Source: Candidatus Bathyarchaeota archaeon
GTDB lineage: Archaea; Thermoproteota; Bathyarchaeia; Bathyarchaeales; Bathycorpusculaceae
Assembly (NCBI GenBank): GCA_963827165.1
Contig: CAWGZR010000006.1
Coordinates: 64,001-128,000, forward strand
Length of the DNA stretch: 64,000 bases
Direction: 5' to 3'
Below, in pieces: positions 57,858-64,000 of the stretch (position 1 is the first letter of the stretch; each line of letters opens with the position of its first letter). The notes under the pieces were generated by a model. The model was not told the DNA's origin. It worked only from the letters and a program-made list of their open reading frames with translations, and made no database searches. The position numbers were made by a program, and so were the translations under genes.

Positions 57858-59114
57858 TTAGCTAAAGTGAGAAGTTTGGACCGCTGCCTGAAGGGTTGAG
57901 CATGCAAGGAATGTTGAGTTTACATTTGAGTTCAGGCTTATTGACAGGTATCTTGAGTTGCTGAACCACAGGTTGTTTCCGTCATTTTGGGCTTGGGCGT
58001 CTTTTGCGACGGTTTGGAAAGCCGTCATGAACGCGTTGGCTGAGCTGGAGTTGTTCCATTGTATGTTCCAGATGAAAAGGTAATTGCCGCTGTTGCCGCC
58101 GCCTTGGTAATATGTGAAGTTGTCGCCTGTCCAACCGTTTGAAATGATTTGGGCTTGGCTTTGTGGTAGCCAGTTGCCGAGGAGGTCTTCAATGAAGTAT
58201 TCGCCGTATGTGTTGTAGTTTTGTCCATAACTTGTCTGCATCTGAGTCCAGTTGCCTCCAGTCGGGGTTGGCAGAGTAACAGGTTTTGCGGTGACGTTTT
58301 CAAAATATTCTTGAGGGTTCAATATCTGTGCGGTGGTGCTGGGAACGTATCCTTGGGTATAGGCTTGGTTAACTGTGGCGAAGCCGCCGTTCTGATGTAG
58401 GGCGTTGACGAAGTTTTCTCCATCAGTGTAGGGGAAGTAGTCGATGTTGGAGAGCGTATCTGGGTGGACTTCACCCAGTGCAATGATGTCTGCGGGATAA
58501 GAAGATGTTGATGAGGGGGCAGGGGTGTTCAGTAGCCCTTCTTTTGTTAGGTTTGTGTAGGTATCAGCCATGAAAGTGGCGTCGCCTTCGATAAGAGCTG
58601 TGTGAGCTTTGTCTTCATCAAAAGTGGTTGCTGAAGGAATACCTGATTGCCAGATGTGGGTTAACTCGTGCACGAAGGTGGCTTCAGCGCCGGGTAAATC
58701 CCAAGGGTCGAAGTTTTCTTTCACAACCCAAATCTTGCCTTCCCAAGTTGCCGCAACATAGTCTCCTGCCCAATCAACAGTCGCTTGGTATAGGCTTCGG
58801 TTTTGCGGTATAAGGAAAAGTCCTTGGTAGATATTCTGCTCTATGGTAATCGCTTGTACGTTCTGTTGCGCGTAGCCTTTGCCCCAGGTATTGATTGCCC
58901 ACTGTTTAGTTACGACCTCGAGTTGAACTTTAGGAAGCGACCCGTTTCGGATTTGTTCCCATGCGCCATAAGCGTCATTAAAAATTTTTTGGGCCTGCGC
59001 CTTATAGGCTACCATGCTTTGGCTCGGCTGGTTAATAACGATGAATAAGGTCACAGCGACAACAGCGATAATGAGGCAGGTGGCAGTAACCATAAGTTTT
59101 CTTTTGAAGTTCAA
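57858..59114 (-). CDS. Membrane-anchored zincin-like surface protein (Hvo_1808-like)
   Basis: VHELTHIWQ...ALIEGDA, FPYTDG, PSTTAQIL.P, GWTGD. Confidence 0.75.
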   Translation of the reverse strand: MNFKRKLMVTATCLIIAVVAVTLFIVINQPSQSMVAYKAQAQKIFNDAYGAWEQIRNGSLPKVQLEVVTKQWAINTWGKGYAQQNVQAITIEQNIYQGLFLIPQNRSLYQATVDWAGDYVAATWEGKIWVVKENFDPWDLPGAEATFVHELTHIWQSGIPSATTFDEDKAHTALIEGDATFMADTYTNLTKEGLLNTPAPSSTSSYPADIIALGEVHPDTLSNIDYFPYTDGENFVNALHQNGGFATVNQAYTQGYVPSTTAQILNPQEYFENVTAKPVTLPTPTGGNWTQMQTSYGQNYNTYGEYFIEDLLGNWLPQSQAQIISNGWTGDNFTYYQGGGNSGNYLFIWNIQWNNSSSANAFMTAFQTVAKDAQAQNDGNNLWFSNSRYLSISLNSNVNSTFLACSTLQAAVQTSHFS

Positions 59115-59281
59115 ACACGCACCCTTAGCTCGACGTTTGGTTCGGATAGAAGCCGAGCAAAAAATAAACATTTCCCCAAATGGCAAGAACTAGAAATTTA
59201 TTGAAAAACAAGGTAATTTGCAAATTCGTAACGTAAATTAAGGTACTTATCCAAGTTTTATTAGTAAGGCAGTGGAGATTT

Positions 59282-59992
59282 ATGAGCCGTAAATCAATCT
59301 ATTTTCACCACAGCTTTCTATTCTTTGTTTTATTATTGGTTGTGTTGCTCGCAGTAGTTGCATTGGTTTTTTTCGGAGCCGTAAGCATAGCCTTTGCAAA
59401 CGTAGGCTTTACACCATTTACTATCTTTCTGCTTTTAGTTTGTACGCTTTTGGGAAGTTTCATCAACATTCCTCTGTTTAAAATGCGCGCAACCATCCCT
59501 ATCGTGCACGATGACTACGTTAACTGGTTTGGTATACCTTACCGCATCCCACATGTAGAATACGGCACTTCAGTCACAGTTATCGCAGTTAACGTTGGAG
59601 GCGCCTTGATACCCACCGCGGTGAGCATTTACCTACTTGCCCGCTCACCATTAAACCTCATCGTGTTGAGCATCATAGCCATTCTCGCAGTTGTAATCGT
59701 GACACATTTGGTAGCTCACCCTGTAAAAGGAGTTGGAATAGCCACGCCGGCCTTTATCCCGCCAATCGCAGCAGCTGCTGCAGCATTTATTCTTGCTGCC
59801 TATGCGCCTTCACAGTCAAGAACAACAATTGCTTATGTTGCAGGCACCATTGGGACACTCATGGGAGCTGACCTGCTTAACCTGAACAAGATCCCGAAGT
59901 TAGGGGCGCCAATGGCAAGCATCGGAGGGGCAGGCACGTTCGACGGTGTCTTCTTGACGGGGATAATAGCGGTATTGCTTGCGGGACTTTGA
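59282..59992 (+). CDS. DUF1614 family membrane protein
   Basis: GSFINIP, AVNVGGALIP, GADLLNL, SIGGAGTFDGVFLTG. Confidence 0.88.
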   Translation: MSRKSIYFHHSFLFFVLLLVVLLAVVALVFFGAVSIAFANVGFTPFTIFLLLVCTLLGSFINIPLFKMRATIPIVHDDYVNWFGIPYRIPHVEYGTSVTVIAVNVGGALIPTAVSIYLLARSPLNLIVLSIIAILAVVIVTHLVAHPVKGVGIATPAFIPPIAAAAAAFILAAYAPSQSRTTIAYVAGTIGTLMGADLLNLNKIPKLGAPMASIGGAGTFDGVFLTGIIAVLLAGL

Positions 59993-60033
59993 ATGACGCA
60001 GAACCGACGTCTGCAGCCAACTAAAATAAATTG

Positions 60034-61623
60034 TTAGCCGAGACCTTTTCGTAGCTTTGCCGATTCAAGCAGTGCTTTTTTTGCTTCGGCATCTTCTTTT
60101 TGGAGGTAACTCAGGAGAAAGTTGCTTGTGAAGTTTTCATGTTTGCGCCCGCAGACACTTCTAGGTCCGAGCTTGATGCCGAGTTTTTCTTCAACCGTTT
60201 TTAGATCGTCGGAGGTGTTCTGCAGGGCTTGTTTGGCTGTCTCTTCGCTCATATTCGCTCTCTTGGACAGAAGACTCTTCATTTCCAAAAGCAAATCTAT
60301 GTTTTCCCAAGAAACATATTCGCCGATTGACTTTAGGTCGGACTCCATTTTCACATAATACTTCTTAAGAAGCTGGGTTTCATGGTCACTTAACTGGTTT
60401 AGAGCTCTTAAGCCAATGAATTCAGGCGGTAGGCCGACGCTGTACATAGCAGCTGAGAATGAGATTGCTCGTGGTAAGCTGACCCCGGCTACGCTTCTGC
60501 TGTATCCGAAGAGTCCTATGTGCAGTTTTCGTGCTCTTCTCGGAGGAACATATGATGCAACGGTGTTTATGAAAGGCGCTAACAACTCGATTTGGTTTTC
60601 GTATTCTTGTCTGCATTTGGAAAGAATCCCCAAAAGATCCTTCTCTTCAATGGGGCTTATGGTTTCTGATTCGCCGTTTGGTAGCCGCTGGTTGAGGCAT
60701 TCCACTCCCTCTTTGACCTGTGCAAGTGGGTAATCGTATCTAAAGGCTGACTGCACGGTTACAGTTGACAGGCCTTTGTATTCTTCCAGGAAGTTGTCAA
60801 TGTTTTCGGGTGAAAGATGTCCCCTGAACGGTTTTGATCCAACGCCTAAAATCGGATCTATGGATATTTCTTGTTGTTTTTCTATTTGCTTTAATTTGCT
60901 TAGAGCTATTTTGGAGAGCAAAACCGCGCAGAGCAGTCCGTAATTTAATGCGGGGTCGGATCTTGCAATGAAAACTCGTTGCTGTGCAGGCTTGATTGCT
61001 TGCAAATAGGGCAATATTACGTTGTCGACGTGCAGCAGGCTGTCAAAGTCTTCAACGAGGGGAATCACTTTTATTGTTTTAGGATGGAAAGAACCGAGCC
61101 AATCTTTGGTTTTCGTTGATTCATAAAGCGTCAATTCTTCATCGGCGATTATGGCTTTCTTGTAGTAGTTCAGAAGCATGATAAGTTCTTGGGCGTCGGT
61201 GGTGAAAGGCAAGATAACTTCGAAAATCGGTGTAACGGGCCTTTTGTAAACTATTGAAGCGATGTCGTAGGCGACAGGAATGTTTTGGAGAGTTTCCATG
61301 AAGAACTTTCGCTCGGCTCCCTCGATTTTAGGGTTAGGAATCCTGTAGGTTAGAAACACATCTTCGCCAATGGTGTGCGCTGAGAAGTAGTCCCAATGCT
61401 TCTGCAAAAGTTTCCTGACGACTCGTGTGTCAGTGTCTTTGCCTTCTGAGTCCCACATTACCTCTTGACAACCTAAAACGCTGAAAGAGTAGAAGGCTTC
61501 ATACACTTCTGCTGTGCCGTTGATTACTTCCTCCGTACTCCATTCGGGGATTGCAGCGTTGTCAGGGTGCTGTGTAGACATCGTTGCTGGAGCCTTCAGG
61601 GTATCGCCAAATTTACCTTTCAT
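60034..61623 (-). CDS. ppcA: Archaeal-type phosphoenolpyruvate carboxylase
   Basis: MSTQHPDNA, MWDSEGK, IFEVILPFT, ARSDPALNYG, PFRG, HIGLFGYSR, LPRAI. Confidence 0.95.
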   Translation of the reverse strand: MKGKFGDTLKAPATMSTQHPDNAAIPEWSTEEVINGTAEVYEAFYSFSVLGCQEVMWDSEGKDTDTRVVRKLLQKHWDYFSAHTIGEDVFLTYRIPNPKIEGAERKFFMETLQNIPVAYDIASIVYKRPVTPIFEVILPFTTDAQELIMLLNYYKKAIIADEELTLYESTKTKDWLGSFHPKTIKVIPLVEDFDSLLHVDNVILPYLQAIKPAQQRVFIARSDPALNYGLLCAVLLSKIALSKLKQIEKQQEISIDPILGVGSKPFRGHLSPENIDNFLEEYKGLSTVTVQSAFRYDYPLAQVKEGVECLNQRLPNGESETISPIEEKDLLGILSKCRQEYENQIELLAPFINTVASYVPPRRARKLHIGLFGYSRSVAGVSLPRAISFSAAMYSVGLPPEFIGLRALNQLSDHETQLLKKYYVKMESDLKSIGEYVSWENIDLLLEMKSLLSKRANMSEETAKQALQNTSDDLKTVEEKLGIKLGPRSVCGRKHENFTSNFLLSYLQKEDAEAKKALLESAKLRKGLG

Positions 61624-61878
61624 TTTGTCCACTGCATTCTTAACCTTAAGCAAAGCCTTATGCTTTTATTTTAATTTTGCATTTCGCCCAAAGAATGTCG
61701 CCATATAAGTCGCGCATTTTTCGAGTTCGCCGCAACTGCTCAGAAGCTTCAGTTGAGAACTTTGTCTATCGAAATTTCGCCGTCGATTGAACGTATAAAT
61801 TGGAGGTTTGGATAAAAATATGGCAAACTTTTAATAATAATAAATAGGAACTTATTGCAACGCTTGGAGTGGGGTAAT

Positions 61879-62799
61879 TTGAAAAAAACTTTCGCAGTTA
61901 TTGTTCTAGCTGTTTTGATTTTGGCGGCATTGCCAGTTTTGACTTTGCCAAATGTTAAAGCGAGTGCTTCAGAGGCTAGGGTTTTGACTTACAGTTGGTA
62001 TACTGCACCGTCACCAACTATCTTAGCGGCGGAGCCTGGTGACTTGGTTGTAGTCGGTGAAATACAAAACGTCGGCTCAAACATCATACAGAACGTGACA
62101 TTAACTGGGGCCGCTTACGACTCCAACGGAACGGAACTCGGCTCATCGCAAGGCACAGCCTTCGTATATGAAACAACACCTGGAGAAAAAGCTCCATTCA
62201 GCATCGACTTTCCCCCTTCAAGCAGTACTTCCACAACAACCCAGAGCTGGGCATCTCAAGTTACTCGCGTAACCGTGACAGTTCTCTCCGTCACCGACAC
62301 TACCGTCGGCCCTTATGCAGGCTTAGTGGTTCCTGAGGCGCCATACGGCTTCAACAACAGCGGCACCTACACAACAGTCGGGACAATCATTAACAACGGC
62401 TCAGAAACCATCGGGAACGTTTGGGTTGTAACAACTTTTTATAACAGTGCAGGAACGGTTGTAGATTTGAATTTCACGAATTACGTGAACACCCCTCTTT
62501 CACCTCTCGCTCCGGGCCACCCGTCAAGATGGGTTGCAACTCCAGCCGATAACACGGCTCAAATTACAAACGAAATCGCATCATCCAGCTATACAATCGA
62601 TTCTATGCCTTTTTCAAGCTCATCCCAAGGACAAGCCACACCGACACCCACCGCTTCGGGCGCATCTTCGGCATTTCCTTTGGAAGCTGTAATCATCGTG
62701 GTAGTTATCATTATAATTGCAGTCGTCGCCTTTATGCTGTTTAGAAAGAAGCCTGAAGCAGCACAGCCTCCGCCGCCGCCTCCACCGCCAACATCTTAA
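61879..62799 (+). CDS. Surface protein with two FxLYD-like domains, C-terminal TM and poly-Pro tail
   Basis: VGEIQN..AYDSNG..PGEKAPF and VGTIINNG..FYNSAG..LAPG; tail PPPPPPPPTS. Confidence 0.8.
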   Translation: MKKTFAVIVLAVLILAALPVLTLPNVKASASEARVLTYSWYTAPSPTILAAEPGDLVVVGEIQNVGSNIIQNVTLTGAAYDSNGTELGSSQGTAFVYETTPGEKAPFSIDFPPSSSTSTTTQSWASQVTRVTVTVLSVTDTTVGPYAGLVVPEAPYGFNNSGTYTTVGTIINNGSETIGNVWVVTTFYNSAGTVVDLNFTNYVNTPLSPLAPGHPSRWVATPADNTAQITNEIASSSYTIDSMPFSSSSQGQATPTPTASGASSAFPLEAVIIVVVIIIIAVVAFMLFRKKPEAAQPPPPPPPPTS

Positions 62800-62917
62800 G
62801 CAACTTATTTTTTTATTAAAGTTTACACCCAAAAGGTCAACTCTGCAAAACTATTGTAAGCTGGTGCGGCAAGCAGCAGATTTTTTCGCTTAAATAGGAT
62901 ATTATAGGAACTGTTGG

Positions 62918-63727
62918 TTAGGCACCGAATCGCCGTTTTCGAAGCTGGAACGTTCTGATAGCTCGTAACAGGTCGATTCGCCGAAAGTCTGGCCAGTAAA
63001 CATCTAAAAAGAGCAGTTCGCTGTATGCCGCTTGCCAGAGCAAGAATCCGCTTAGCCTTTCTTCACCTGAAGTCCGAATGATCATGTCGGGGTCCTGCTT
63101 ATCCATATGGGAAGTATAAAGGTACTTTTCAAAAGTACTTTCGGTGACGTCAGCAATCTCCAACTCGCCATTCTTAACTTTCTCAGCAATAGTCTTAGCG
63201 GCATCAACGATTTCCGCTCTTCCGCCATACGCAAAAGCAAAATTCCAAAAGTAACGGTCATAATCCGCCGTTGCTTTTTCAATGTCCGAGATCGCTTCCT
63301 GCAGGCCTTTAGGCAGAAGGTTAACTCTGCCGATGATTTTCACGTGAACTTTGTCACGGTGCAGTCGTTCATCTTTGAGCAGTTTGCGGAATCTTTCCTC
63401 TGCAATCTGCATTATCTTTTCCACTTCCTCGGATTTTCGGCTGAAATTCTCGGTGGAAAATGTGTAGAGAGTCACGTACTTGAGGTCTAAAAGGTGGGTC
63501 CAATCTAAAAGTAACTCAACAGTGTCAGCGCCGCGTCTGTGACCCCACTTATCCTGCATGAGCATAGGATCTTCCTGACCATTTGCCCATCGCCTATTTC
63601 CATCCAAAATTATGGCGATATGTTCAGGTTTTATTCCACCCTTTACTTGGAGCCAGAGCCAACGCTCATAAATTCTGTATGCACCGATGAAAGAAAGCAT
63701 TTTCTTAAGCATTAAAGCTGACTCCAC
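62918..63727 (-). CDS. uppS: cis-prenyltransferase (polyprenyl diphosphate synthase)
   Basis: HIAIILDGNRRWA, FSTENFSR, YGGRAEI, IRTSGEERLSGFLLWQ. Confidence 0.96.
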   Translation of the reverse strand: MESALMLKKMLSFIGAYRIYERWLWLQVKGGIKPEHIAIILDGNRRWANGQEDPMLMQDKWGHRRGADTVELLLDWTHLLDLKYVTLYTFSTENFSRKSEEVEKIMQIAEERFRKLLKDERLHRDKVHVKIIGRVNLLPKGLQEAISDIEKATADYDRYFWNFAFAYGGRAEIVDAAKTIAEKVKNGELEIADVTESTFEKYLYTSHMDKQDPDMIIRTSGEERLSGFLLWQAAYSELLFLDVYWPDFRRIDLLRAIRTFQLRKRRFGA

Positions 63728-63838
63728 GTATTGACCTGTTTTATAAACGTCTCTTGGGAAATTTTCATTATGTTAAACCCTAAGAACCTTGAATTAAATC
63801 TTGCCCTAATCCGACCGAGGAATTTTGGGGAAAGCTTT

Positions 63839-64000
63839 TCATTTGGCAATTTCATCCTTGTCGCATTTTTGGAAGAAGTCTTTAGAGGACCTGTTGATGA
63901 TGAAAATCAACAGAACCGAAGCTATCCCAATCAAGATCCCCACCACTATTGTGTATATGAAAACTGAGAAGAACGGGTTGTTGAGAACTGAGATTGCTCC
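63839..64000 (-). CDS. C-terminus of a membrane protein (possibly DUF373, by position upstream of uppS)
   Basis: GAISVLNNPFFSVFIYTIVVGILIGIASVLLIFII...EIAK*; the family call rests on recalled synteny only. Confidence 0.45.
   Translation of the reverse strand, partial: GAISVLNNPFFSVFIYTIVVGILIGIASVLLIFIINRSSKDFFQKCDKDEIAK

Overview
Archaeal chromosome segment, most likely Bathyarchaeia (inference from archaeal-type ppcA, short purA, uppS, an archaeal tRNA-Ala, frequent TTG/GTG starts and lineage-typical hypothetical proteins). It has three parts. (1) 1-28.6 kb is an AT-richer surface-glycan/exopolysaccharide locus: flippase, GT2/GT4 transferases, two deacetylases, two LbH acyltransferases, RmlD, DegT+WbqC, a frameshifted B12-radical SAM gene, a split DUF1616 pair, two secreted CBM-like proteins and a wHTH regulator. 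(2) 28.2-35.1 kb is a microprotein-rich region mostly at the 3' side of tRNA-Ala(CGC). It holds wHTH and Zn-finger proteins (several absent from the ORF track), a catalytically degenerate PLD fusion, a probable integrase remnant, a 10-bp phased repeat array and candidate sRNAs. (3) 35-64 kb carries core and lineage-specific genes (ileS, purA, ppcA, uppS, M20, G1 peptidase), an uncharacterised 7-gene same-strand cluster and a hidden divergent RHH pair. The clearest sequence-level oddities are a 469-bp tandem duplication that reads as identical and whose core uses almost only A/C-ending codons, and four genes that seem to start at near-cognate codons (ATT/ATC/ACG). All calls were made by eye; no database searches were run.
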